From positions 935 to 64,934 of the forward strand of contig JBAXLJ010000002.1 in the NCBI GenBank assembly GCA_037134915.1: a stretch of 64,000 nt of DNA, written 5' to 3'. A program made the position numbers and the translations under genes. This DNA comes from Candidatus Falkowbacteria bacterium (GTDB taxonomy: Bacteria > Patescibacteriota > Patescibacteriia > Patescibacteriales > UBA12465). Numbering within the stretch: position 1 is the stretch's first letter; each line of letters begins with the position of its first letter. Of this stretch, positions 26,056 through 33,665 are shown piece by piece. The notes beneath the pieces are model-generated. The model saw only the letters and a program-made list of their open reading frames with translations. It made no database searches and was not told the DNA's origin.

Positions 26056-26092
26056 CAGATACGAAAAAGCAGTTTTAATTAGCTGCTTTTTT
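26043..26092 (+). repeat. Island repeat copy R0 (tRNA 3' end core ctctccgcagat plus hairpin-terminator)
   Basis: cccttgctctccgcagatacgaaaaagcag-ttttaatta-gctgctttttt. The core and hairpin are nearly duplicated at 27996-28043. Confidence 0.8.
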
Positions 26093-26204
26093 GTCATATA
26101 TAAGCCTAAATATTGAGTTCCAAAGTAGTTCGAACTTTTTCTTAAAATTGTCTATTTTTATCATTATTCCATTATTAATTAGCTTACTTTACACAAAATA
26201 GCTT

Positions 26205-26225
26205 GGTTCGAAATCCCTAACTCCC
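26205..26225 (+). repeat. tRNA T-arm/acceptor-like fragment
   Basis: ggttcgaaatccctaactccc compared with the tRNA's gggttcgaatcccttgctctcc, 150 nt downstream of the intact tRNA. Confidence 0.55.
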
Positions 26226-26235
26226 TAAAATTTAA

Positions 26236-26264
26236 TTGACAATAAATAAAATATGTGATATAGT
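26236..26264 (+). promoter_or_regulatory. Near-consensus promoter (TTGACA-N17-TATAGT with an extended -10 TG)
   Basis: TTGACA at 26236-41, a 17-nt spacer ending in tgtga, TATAGT at 26259-64. Confidence 0.7.
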
Positions 26265-26519
26265 CTATTTGTAAATTTAATTCGCGTTTTTAGCAATCAA
26301 AAGCACATTTGTATATAGCTTACGGAGTACAGTTGGGTTGTATAAACCTATACAAAGAGAATTTTATTTAACACGGTAGACTGATAAGGCCAGAAATTTG
26401 ATGGATTGCTCATCTTTTTTCTATAAGGCGAACGATTTTTTATTCGACTCCAGTTACGGAAGTAACCTAAGAAAGAATAGAAAATCGTTAACTTGCTGAT
26501 CAAACAAAAAAGGCAAGTT

Positions 26520-26774
26520 ATGAAAAACATTGAATGTACATTAATTCAGGTCAAAAAAACTTTTAATGAGAACGCTGATACTTTAGCAATAAATTATTGT
26601 CAGCAAAATGATTTGATTCCAACATTGGTTAAGATAAGCTTGAAAACAATGGAATTTGTATTTGAAGATTATTGGAATGATGATTGGATTATAAGAGTGC
26701 TCACTAATTTTTTTACTGGACTTGGCGGAGTGGATGTGTTGTGGAATAATAAAACATTCACAACTATTTACTAA
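26520..26774 (+). CDS. Hypothetical protein (84 aa), first island cassette
   Basis: ATG at 26520 preceded by aaaaagg. The track's TTG start at 26493 is less likely. No motif recognised. Confidence 0.5.
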   Translation: MKNIECTLIQVKKTFNENADTLAINYCQQNDLIPTLVKISLKTMEFVFEDYWNDDWIIRVLTNFFTGLGGVDVLWNNKTFTTIY

Positions 26775-26781
26775 AGTAATT

Positions 26782-26811
26782 AAGCTTATCTGTAACGGGT
26801 AAGCTTTTTTA
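26782..26811 (+). terminator. Terminator after the 84-aa ORF
   Basis: aagctta / taagctt stem followed by TTTTT. Confidence 0.65.
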
Positions 26812-26849
26812 ATTTTCATTGGCATTTTCATAAATCTCAGTGTGAATAG

Positions 26850-26902
26850 CGTTCCTTACTCCCCGCAGATTGTAAATAGCCCTGGAATAGGGGCTATTTT
26901 TT
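26850..26902 (+). repeat. Island repeat copy R1 (short form)
   Basis: cgttccttactccccgcagattgtaaatagccc-tggaatag-gggctatttttt. Confidence 0.7.
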
Positions 26903-26960
26903 GTAGGGAGAATTGAACTTTGAAACGAGTGGTGCTAATATTAAAATAAATAATAAAAAT

Positions 26961-27434
26961 ATGCAAAAATTATTATCAGATGAAGAATATTTTAGCAATC
27001 TCCCCAAAAAACATATTGGGGCCGGCGTTTTAATATTCAATAAAAGTAACCAGCTTTTAATAGTAAAGCCTAATTATAAAGAAGGATGGTCAATACCAGG
27101 TGGTGGTGTAGATACAGATGAGTCTCCCGAGGCAGCGGCAATCAGAGAGACTAAAGAAGAGATTAGTTTGGATTTGGAAAATATAACCCTGATTTGTATT
27201 GAATATACTTTAAAAAGAGGAATAAAACCGGAGACTCTGCAATTTATTTTTTATGGAGGGGAATTGGATGCAAATGAAATAAATAAGATTTCCTTGGACA
27301 AAAACGAGCACAGCGAATTCAAATTTGTTGATATCTCCGAAGCCACAAATCTGCTTAATGAAAGGCATCAATATATAATACCATTTTGTATTGAGGCAAT
27401 TAAAAATAAGACCACTGCTTATATAGAATTATAG
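26961..27434 (+). CDS. NUDIX hydrolase (island cassette)
   Basis: Nudix box GGGVDTDESPEAAAIRETKEEISL. I prefer the ATG at 26961 (MQKLLSDEEYF) over the track's TTG at 26913. Confidence 0.8.
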   Translation: MQKLLSDEEYFSNLPKKHIGAGVLIFNKSNQLLIVKPNYKEGWSIPGGGVDTDESPEAAAIRETKEEISLDLENITLICIEYTLKRGIKPETLQFIFYGGELDANEINKISLDKNEHSEFKFVDISEATNLLNERHQYIIPFCIEAIKNKTTAYIEL

Positions 27435-27461
27435 ATATTTAGACGATTCAATCAGTATAGT

Positions 27462-27524
27462 CGTTCCAACTACGTCCCACTTTCCCCGCAGTTTGTAAAT
27501 AGCCATATTTATGGCTATTTTTTT
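27462..27524 (+). repeat. Island repeat copy R2
   Basis: cgttccaactacgtcccactttccccgcagtttgtaaatagccat-attt-atggctattttttt. Confidence 0.8.
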
Positions 27525-27571
27525 GGTGGAGAGTTTATTGCTTTGGAACGATATGCTATAATTTATTGCAT

Positions 27572-27976
27572 ATGAAATTAACGGAATCAATAAAAAAGGA
27601 TTTAAATACAGAACAAATAGATTCTCTCATGGATTCAGTGGGCTGGACTGATCATAAAGGAGAAAAAAAATGGCGGGAGATTTTAAGCAAATCGTCTTTT
27701 GTTTATAGTATTTATGATGGAAAAAAAATGGTCGGTTTTGGCAGAATTTTAGAAGATGGGGCAATGTGTATGTTTTATGATATTGTGGTTCACTCGGATT
27801 ATCAGGGCAAAGGAATAGGCAAAATGATAATGAATAATTTGTTAGATTTTGTTAAAGATAAAAACTATATTTCAGTTAGCTTATTCGCTTGGCCAAAAAA
27901 TAAAGACTTTTTATTACCTTTTTACAAAAAATTTGGTTTCGAGTTATTTGAAACAGGGATGAGACTTAAGAAATAA
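27572..27976 (+). CDS. GNAT-family N-acetyltransferase (island cassette)
   Basis: Motif A is VVHSDYQGKGIGKMIMNNLLDFV. The ATG at 27572 lies 9 nt after a TATAAT box (27557-62), so the mRNA is nearly leaderless. Confidence 0.8.
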   Translation: MKLTESIKKDLNTEQIDSLMDSVGWTDHKGEKKWREILSKSSFVYSIYDGKKMVGFGRILEDGAMCMFYDIVVHSDYQGKGIGKMIMNNLLDFVKDKNYISVSLFAWPKNKDFLLPFYKKFGFELFETGMRLKK

Positions 27977-27977
27977 T

Positions 27978-28043
27978 CGTTCCAACTACATCCTATTCTC
28001 TCCGCAGATAGGAAAAAGTAGCTTATATAGGCTACTTTTTTTG
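27978..28043 (+). repeat. Island repeat copy R3 (closest copy of the tRNA 3' end plus hairpin)
   Basis: cgttccaactacatcctattctctccgcagataggaaaaagtagc-ttatatag-gctactttttttg. It starts 1 nt after the GNAT stop codon. Confidence 0.8.
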
Positions 28044-28238
28044 TTTATTTTTGGTAAATATTTTGAGTTCTAAAGCGGTTTGGATATTTTTAGAGAGAGC
28101 GTGACGGTTTTTGATAAAATGACTTATTTATATCTATTTTTAGATAAAATTTGTTAGTTCGAACCTGATTAAAAATAGGTTTCTTTTGAACTTTTATTGT
28201 GATATATTATTAGTATAAATTAAGGTTAAATATTTTGT

Positions 28239-29384
28239 ATGAAAAATATTCCAACAGAGTTTAAGCAACCATTTGTCCCAGAAAGCGAGGGTAATCCTGA
28301 AAAATTGGATAAAAATTTTTCTAATCTTAATGTTTTTAAAGAAGAAGTTGCAAGTGGTGAAGAAATAATCGAAATAGTAAAAATGAAAATTGATGATAAG
28401 AATAAACTTTCTCAGGTAAGAGAAGATTTAGGCTTAGAAATAGATAAAGATATTCAGATTCAGATGTATATTGATGCATTGCCAAAAAATAAAGATTATA
28501 TAGATTTTAGTAAATTACAAAAAATTGGTAGCGGGGGCACTCATGATGTTTTTATTGATCCAAATAATCCAAATTTTGTAATCAAATTAAATAGAAATGC
28601 CCTAGAAAAAGCTAGTAGTTTAAGCCAGTCGGATTGGTCAGACGAAACACAGAAAAAAGTTAATGAATATGTAGAAGGGGAGAATGATAAAAATAAGCAA
28701 CTATATAAATTTTTTGGCGTAGAAAATTGTTTAAGTGAAAAGGTGATGATGGCAAAAATAAATATAGAACATAACAATGAATCACAAAATATTAACGGTG
28801 TGATTTCAATCCAGGAAACAAGTGATGTTTTTAAAAATCCTACAAAAAAAGATTTTAGTATAGGGTACGTTGAAAAAGGTGAACTGTTTAAAGAAAATAA
28901 GGATGTTTATGATGATATGAATAGGGCTCTTTTCGGTAGTGCTGATTTTAGTGAAGAAGATGTTTTGTTATTTAATGAAAAATTGAAGCCAATTTTTGAG
29001 CTTGTAGATACTGACCAAAAATTTGCTGACAGTATGAGAGAATTCTTAGTTAGATTCAAAGATTACTTTGAAGCATCTGGGCACTTCATTGATTTAGTTG
29101 GCGAGGAAAATGTTTTATTTTATCAAAAAGATGGTAATTGGTCTTTTAAACTAGGTAGTGTAATTAAGCAAGAAACAAAACAAGGAATGGAAACCGCCCT
29201 AGATTCTCTAAGGGGGAATCCGGACACTTTAAATCAGGACGAATCTTTACGTAACCAACTAATTAATCAATTAGCTGTATCGAGATTGTTGAATGCGGCT
29301 GGGATAAAAGTTGGCATTGGTAAAGTCGTTGATATTGAGTTATCAGAAAAACAGTTAGAAAATTTAGATAAAGTAAAATTTTAG
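28239..29384 (+). CDS. Hypothetical protein with protein-kinase-like motifs (atypical)
   Basis: IGSGGTHDVF (Gly-rich loop-like), FVIKLNR (VAIK-like Lys), HFIDLVGEENVLF (HxD....N catalytic-loop-like). The motif order fits a kinase fold. No search was done. Confidence 0.35.
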   Translation: MKNIPTEFKQPFVPESEGNPEKLDKNFSNLNVFKEEVASGEEIIEIVKMKIDDKNKLSQVREDLGLEIDKDIQIQMYIDALPKNKDYIDFSKLQKIGSGGTHDVFIDPNNPNFVIKLNRNALEKASSLSQSDWSDETQKKVNEYVEGENDKNKQLYKFFGVENCLSEKVMMAKINIEHNNESQNINGVISIQETSDVFKNPTKKDFSIGYVEKGELFKENKDVYDDMNRALFGSADFSEEDVLLFNEKLKPIFELVDTDQKFADSMREFLVRFKDYFEASGHFIDLVGEENVLFYQKDGNWSFKLGSVIKQETKQGMETALDSLRGNPDTLNQDESLRNQLINQLAVSRLLNAAGIKVGIGKVVDIELSEKQLENLDKVKF

Positions 29385-29512
29385 AAATAATTTAAAATTA
29401 GCGTAAGGCATCTTTGTTTTGGGTTAATTATTACTAGACATAATTATTTTACCTGAACTTAGGTGTCTTTTGTATTAAATTAAGCTTGGGACCAGAATGT
29501 AGGCACTATAGA

Positions 29513-29541
29513 TTGACGTAAGTGTATTAATATAGTATTAT
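29513..29541 (+). promoter_or_regulatory. Island promoter module copy (TTGACG-N17-TATTAT)
   Basis: gattgacgtaagtgtattaatatagtattat, homologous to the modules at 31440 and 33602. Followed by the ttgtt..aactttaaaaattaaa leader and a strong SD (aggagg) for the next ORF. Confidence 0.6.
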
Positions 29542-29605
29542 TCCTTGTTGCGAAAGAACTTTAAAAATTAAATATTAGTATAAATATAATACAGGAGGCG
29601 TCGTC

Positions 29606-30946
29606 ATGAAAAAGGCCAATGAATTAGATGATAATCTTACTAAAATTAATCCTTTGAATTATGAAAAATTGCAGTTAATGAATTTTTCACTTCAGGATTT
29701 TCAGGCAGCAGTAGCTAGCGGTACTTTAAATGATTTACAGGTATTAAATGCTATGGAAATTATTTATAGCGTTAAGGGCTCATCTCAAAAGTATAAAGTC
29801 AGGGTTAATTATAAAAATGATCCTAGAATATTACAGTCTACAACAAAGGGGTCTATTTTTTTGGAATCTGAAAAGAAAAATATTTACATCGCTAATCCCA
29901 ATTGCGCTTTTTTCACTATAGAAGAAAAAAGTAGCACGGGGTGGAGTGTCGTGGTCGAAAGTATTTTGACGATTAATCAGGATTTACATATCAACGTTGC
30001 GAAACTGATTAAAAATGAAGAAACAATCGAAAATATTTTATCAACTAAAGATACTTATCAGAAGGCGGAAAAATTTTTGTTCTGCGTTAGTATTAATGTT
30101 TTGCCTGTAATGAGAAACAAAATTAATTTAGTCGAAACAATGTACAAAGACTTTTTTAATAAATATATTGCATTTCAAAACAAGAATTCAACAGAAATAG
30201 TACTTAATAGTTCTAATCTGATTATTGGTTCTATTCTTGCCAATATTCATTTTGGAGAAAAACGAAGCAATACTTATTTACCTATTTCGTTGATTAGTTG
30301 CTCAAGAAGGCAAAAATCATTTATCTACGTGCTAGATTTAATCAAAGTTAGTGAAAATAAAAGTATATCCGAGTATAAGGTTAGCCAGGATATTTTTAAT
30401 TTCAAAAAAAGTTCAGAGAAAGGCGGCGGGGTTCAATCTTTACTGGGCACTGATATATCAGCTATACCGGTAATAGAAAAAATGGCATATCCTGATGATA
30501 TGCATGAGGGCATGGCCGAACTTCAGAATTATATTTTTGCGAGTGCTATAAATAACAAAATTAATAATTTTCCCAACTTATCGTTAAAATATATCGATGC
30601 TGAAGGCAAGATGGCGGGGTATTTTATTTCTTATCAAGGAGTGCGTCAAGGTGTTAAAATTGTTTATATAGAGAACCTGGCAGTTGACCCTAAAAATAAA
30701 ATTGCTGCTGGCAGAATAATTAACCGCTTCATTGAAAAATATCTGGCAGAATATACAGATAAAGGAAACCCCCTGCCTATATATATTCAGTCTCGTGAAG
30801 AGACTACTTATTTCATGATGCAAAAACAATTTGATAAATTGAGAGATAAGTATGGTGTTAATTTTAGTGTTGAAGAGGTTAATAAATATAGATTTGGTAG
30901 TTCGATTATGTACTCGCAATTAATAACCCCTTATTTGACAGATTGA
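29606..30946 (+). CDS. Hypothetical protein with a C-terminal GNAT-like acetyltransferase domain
   Basis: Strong RBS acaggaggcgtcgtcATG. The C-terminal IVYIENLAVDPKNKIAAGRIINRFIEKY resembles GNAT beta4-alpha3 (motif A). The ~330-aa N-terminal part is unrecognised. Confidence 0.45.
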   Translation: MKKANELDDNLTKINPLNYEKLQLMNFSLQDFQAAVASGTLNDLQVLNAMEIIYSVKGSSQKYKVRVNYKNDPRILQSTTKGSIFLESEKKNIYIANPNCAFFTIEEKSSTGWSVVVESILTINQDLHINVAKLIKNEETIENILSTKDTYQKAEKFLFCVSINVLPVMRNKINLVETMYKDFFNKYIAFQNKNSTEIVLNSSNLIIGSILANIHFGEKRSNTYLPISLISCSRRQKSFIYVLDLIKVSENKSISEYKVSQDIFNFKKSSEKGGGVQSLLGTDISAIPVIEKMAYPDDMHEGMAELQNYIFASAINNKINNFPNLSLKYIDAEGKMAGYFISYQGVRQGVKIVYIENLAVDPKNKIAAGRIINRFIEKYLAEYTDKGNPLPIYIQSREETTYFMMQKQFDKLRDKYGVNFSVEEVNKYRFGSSIMYSQLITPYLTD

Positions 30947-31012
30947 TACGATTTAGATTATAATTGTTTCGCGTTATTTTAAGTGTTTAATTTAATTTTA
31001 AAGGAGGTTAAG

Positions 31013-31237
31013 ATGAAAAAGTTTGAATTTCCAGTGGATGATTCGCAGTTTATAAAAGCTAGCGGATCGATGAAATCAAATGGCGGCGGCGGAGGAGACA
31101 TTTGCGTTTTGGTCGCTAAAACAGAACTTGGCGTGGCCGTGCGTGACTCGAAAGATCCTGATAAGGAAACGTTGTATTTTACAACTCAGGAGTTTGATGT
31201 TTTCAAAACAGCCGTTAAAGCAGGCGAGTTCGACTAA
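31013..31237 (+). CDS. DUF397 domain protein
   Basis: FIKASGS...GGGGDICVLVA...GVAVRDSKDPDKETLYFTTQEFDVFKTAVKAGEFD matches the DUF397 pattern W.KSS.S...CVEVA...VAVRDSKDP....L.F....W..F...VK.GEFD. RBS is aaggagg with ATG at 31013. The track's GTG/TTG-type start at 30983 is rejected. Confidence 0.75.
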   Translation: MKKFEFPVDDSQFIKASGSMKSNGGGGGDICVLVAKTELGVAVRDSKDPDKETLYFTTQEFDVFKTAVKAGEFD

Positions 31238-31261
31238 TGTGACTAAAAAGTCAGCAACTTA

Positions 31262-31286
31262 AAGCAGGAATCTTTCCTGCTTTTTT
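31262..31286 (+). terminator. Terminator after the DUF397 gene
   Basis: aagcagga / tcctgctt stem plus a T-run. Confidence 0.8.
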
Positions 31287-31407
31287 ATTTAGAAGAACAG
31301 TTCCAGTTAACCTAATGTAACAAACCAAAACGAAGATTAATTTATGATTTAGCAAAATCGGCAATCTTAAAAGGTAAATTAAAGATATTTAAATTTTTAT
31401 TGAATAA

Positions 31408-31470
31408 CTGCTCCAACTACGTCCCGCTCTCCCTGTGTATTGACAAGAGCATGCTAATATAGTATACTTT
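31408..31470 (+). repeat. Island repeat copy R4 (core plus promoter module TTGACA-N17-TATACT)
   Basis: ctgctccaactacgtcccgctctccctgtgtattgacaagagcatgctaatatagtatacttt. TTGACA at 31440-45, TATACT at 31463-68. Confidence 0.75.
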
Positions 31471-31503
31471 ATTGTTACTTTAAAACTAAATATTAATTAA
31501 AAA

Positions 31504-31728
31504 ATGGGGGACCCAAAGATGACTTCAAAAAGACCATTTCATGAAACCGTTGTGGATGTTATTAATCGATGTCCTAAAGACAATCTTGCAATTTTGCTTG
31601 AACTTCTAGTAAACACTAAAGTTCCTTCTAATAAGGATGCAATTGTCAATGCGTTAGAAAATAAAAAGGGCGACCAAGATAAAGATAATAATGCCTTGGA
31701 TTACGCAATTAAATGCATTTTAGATTAA
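31504..31728 (+). CDS. Hypothetical small protein (74 aa; alternative start 31519)
   Basis: An ORF between repeat R4 and a clean terminator. No motif recognised. Confidence 0.45.
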   Translation: MGDPKMTSKRPFHETVVDVINRCPKDNLAILLELLVNTKVPSNKDAIVNALENKKGDQDKDNNALDYAIKCILD

Positions 31729-31731
31729 ATT

Positions 31732-31759
31732 AAAACCTTTCTTTCAGAAAGGTTTTTTT
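31732..31759 (+). terminator. Terminator after the 74-aa ORF
   Basis: aaaaccttt / aaaggtttt perfect stem plus a T-run. Confidence 0.8.
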
Positions 31760-31793
31760 ATAGCTTAATAACATTTTAAACTATAACCATTAA

Positions 31794-31858
31794 CTATTCC
31801 AACTACGTCCCATTCTCCACGCAGATTGTCAAAATAGCATTAAATGTGCTATTTTTTG
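31794..31858 (+). repeat. Island repeat copy R5
   Basis: ctattccaactacgtcccattctccacgcagattgtcaaaatagca-ttaaatg-tgctattttttg. Confidence 0.8.
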
Positions 31859-31861
31859 TAT

Positions 31862-32401
31862 ATGAATGTTTTATTAAACAACCAAAAAATCAATTTTAAT
31901 TCCAATGACTTTCCAATGTTAATCTCTGGAACCGAGAAGACTGGCTCGTCGTTTTTCAGTGTTTGTTTGTTAGCTGAATTGTTAAAAAATGGATATAAAG
32001 TGTTATTCCTTTCCGCTTATCCAATGGCAAAAGAGGAATTTAGAAAGCAGATAGGCGGTGAATTTGAAAATGCGGTAATTATTGAATCCGGTGAAGAAAG
32101 TGATTTGATAAAGGCGATTAAAGGTCTTACGGATCTAGAAGAACGTCTAGTTTTAATAAAAAATATCGATGTATATAGCCATAAAATATTTGATGTCTTA
32201 AAAAACTTGCAGTTGGTTATTTTTTCAGGCGATTTAGATAAGTGTAAGTTTGCTAGCAGTTTGATTGATAAAACTTTTCCAACTAAAATATTTTTTTCAT
32301 CATCTGAGAAAGATAGACACGTCATAGCGCCAAGTTTGGCAAAATTTTGTGGAGAAGTAGTTAGCAAAAAATATGGTGGTGTAATTAGTCTGGGTATTTA
32401 G
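31862..32401 (+). CDS. Hypothetical protein, RecA/KaiC-like P-loop fold with a degenerate Walker A
   Basis: LISGTEKTGSSFFSVCLLAELLKNGYKVLFLS resembles the KaiC/RadA-type i.G.pGtGKT.f..q.....g.kvlyis pattern, but the conserved Lys is missing. Weak, pattern-based call. Confidence 0.3.
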   Translation: MNVLLNNQKINFNSNDFPMLISGTEKTGSSFFSVCLLAELLKNGYKVLFLSAYPMAKEEFRKQIGGEFENAVIIESGEESDLIKAIKGLTDLEERLVLIKNIDVYSHKIFDVLKNLQLVIFSGDLDKCKFASSLIDKTFPTKIFFSSSEKDRHVIAPSLAKFCGEVVSKKYGGVISLGI

Positions 32402-32428
32402 GTAAATAATTATTTTTTATAATTAAAG

Positions 32429-32486
32429 CTGCAACTAGGTCGCTACCTTTTTTAAAGGACCTCAATAATTGTAATAGTATAAAATT
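32429..32486 (+). repeat. Degenerate island repeat copy (R5b)
   Basis: ctgcaactaggtcgctacc resembles ctgctccaactacgtcccgctctcc with gaps. It is followed by attgtaatagtataaaatt, a degraded promoter module. Confidence 0.3.
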
Positions 32487-32488
32487 AT

Positions 32489-33538
32489 ATGGAAGGAAGA
32501 ACGCACTATGAAAAAATAATCGGTGGCACATCAGAAGATAAAGAAATAGCTTCTGGGGAGCTTCAAACTGCCTTTGAAGAGCAGGATACAAGGTTGGCCG
32601 AGTATGAAATTAAGAAGAGCCCGGAAGACTTAGAGATTATTAAAAAAACAGAATCTCTTGTTGATAAATTTGTTTTAAAATACGGGGGCGATCCAAAACC
32701 ACTTCCAGCTGATAATATTTATATTCTTAAGCCTGATAGTGTTTTAGAAATTAGCCATGGCAAAATTTCTGGTGGTATTTTTAAACCACTAGTGTTAAAA
32801 ATTGGCGTTGAACAACAAAAATCAAAATTGTTATTTGTAAGTATTCTGGCTCACGAGTTATTTCATTTAAAATCTTATAAATCTGCCCGTTTTGGTCAAT
32901 CTAATGAAGATATTCGTCTTTATCGTAGCGGACTCTCCATGATTGACCTCAAGAACCAAAGTGAAGAAGGGGGTGAAGAGAAGCGTTATTTTGATGATCT
33001 GGAAGAAGCTATTGTCGCAGAATGCACAAAAAAAATTGTAGACGAAATCAGTAAAGATGAAGAGTTTAGGGAAGAAATGAAAGCGGTCGTAAAACTTCGT
33101 GATTGGCATTCTGCTTATTATGGAATATCGAGCGAAGAAGCAATAGGATCTGGAAGCGAAATAAAATATATTGTAAACCCCCAAGATAAGGTTGCGGATG
33201 TTCTTGCATTCTCTGATAACGAAGAAAGCCGGCAAGCTTATGCTGCCGGCATGATAGACTATGCTTATGAAGAAGGGGACGCTGAAATAGTTGAAAGACA
33301 AAGAGAAAGAGAAAAATTATATAAACTTTTAGATAATCTAATAACCGGTTCTGGGGGAAAATTAAAAAATCGCGAGGAAGTTTTTGATGAATTCGCAAGA
33401 GCTAATTTCTCCGGTAATTATTTGCCTCTGGCGCGAATGGTCGAAGATATTCTGGGTAAAGGATCATTTAGAAAATTGGCGGAAGAATTTAGTAATGAAT
33501 CAAGTAAGGAGGACGATGAAAATTTGCCAGATAATTAA
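32489..33538 (+). CDS. Hypothetical protein with an HExxH zinc-metallopeptidase motif (ImmA/IrrE-like context)
   Basis: FVSILAHELFHLKSY is the only HExxH motif. The C-terminal tail is acidic. Confidence 0.4.
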   Translation: MEGRTHYEKIIGGTSEDKEIASGELQTAFEEQDTRLAEYEIKKSPEDLEIIKKTESLVDKFVLKYGGDPKPLPADNIYILKPDSVLEISHGKISGGIFKPLVLKIGVEQQKSKLLFVSILAHELFHLKSYKSARFGQSNEDIRLYRSGLSMIDLKNQSEEGGEEKRYFDDLEEAIVAECTKKIVDEISKDEEFREEMKAVVKLRDWHSAYYGISSEEAIGSGSEIKYIVNPQDKVADVLAFSDNEESRQAYAAGMIDYAYEEGDAEIVERQREREKLYKLLDNLITGSGGKLKNREEVFDEFARANFSGNYLPLARMVEDILGKGSFRKLAEEFSNESSKEDDENLPDN

Positions 33539-33562
33539 TTTTTAATTTCATTTACATTTTTA

Positions 33563-33636
33563 CAAGTTCCAATTTAAACAAAGCCTCTAGTTCTCCACTG
33601 ATTGACAAAAGCATACTAATATAGTATGCTTTTTTG
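33563..33636 (+). repeat. Island repeat copy R6 (diverged core plus promoter module TTGACA-N17-TATGCT with a perfect hairpin)
   Basis: caagttccaatttaaacaaagcctctagttctccactgattgacaaaagcatact-aatat-agtatgcttttttg. TTGACA at 33602-07, TATGCT at 33625-30. Confidence 0.7.
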
Positions 33637-33665
33637 TTATATTTAGAACCTTAAAAATTAAAGTC

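Noticed and set aside
26348-26831. Minus-strand ORFs 26348-26530 and 26583-26831 in the first island cassette.
   Set aside because: They run antisense to the promoter-driven leader and the 84-aa ORF, have no start context, and have Phe/Ile/Lys-rich translations typical of AT-rich noise.
31080-31262. A 60-aa ORF overlapping the DUF397 gene in another frame.
   Set aside because: It is out of frame inside a gene with a strong domain match, has no RBS, and has an Ala/Arg/Leu-biased shadow translation.
26850-33636. The recurring ~60-bp island repeats as a CRISPR array.
   Set aside because: The repeats are separated by 0.4-3.4 kb of protein-coding cassettes rather than 25-50 bp spacers. The copies are degenerate, and no cas genes are present.
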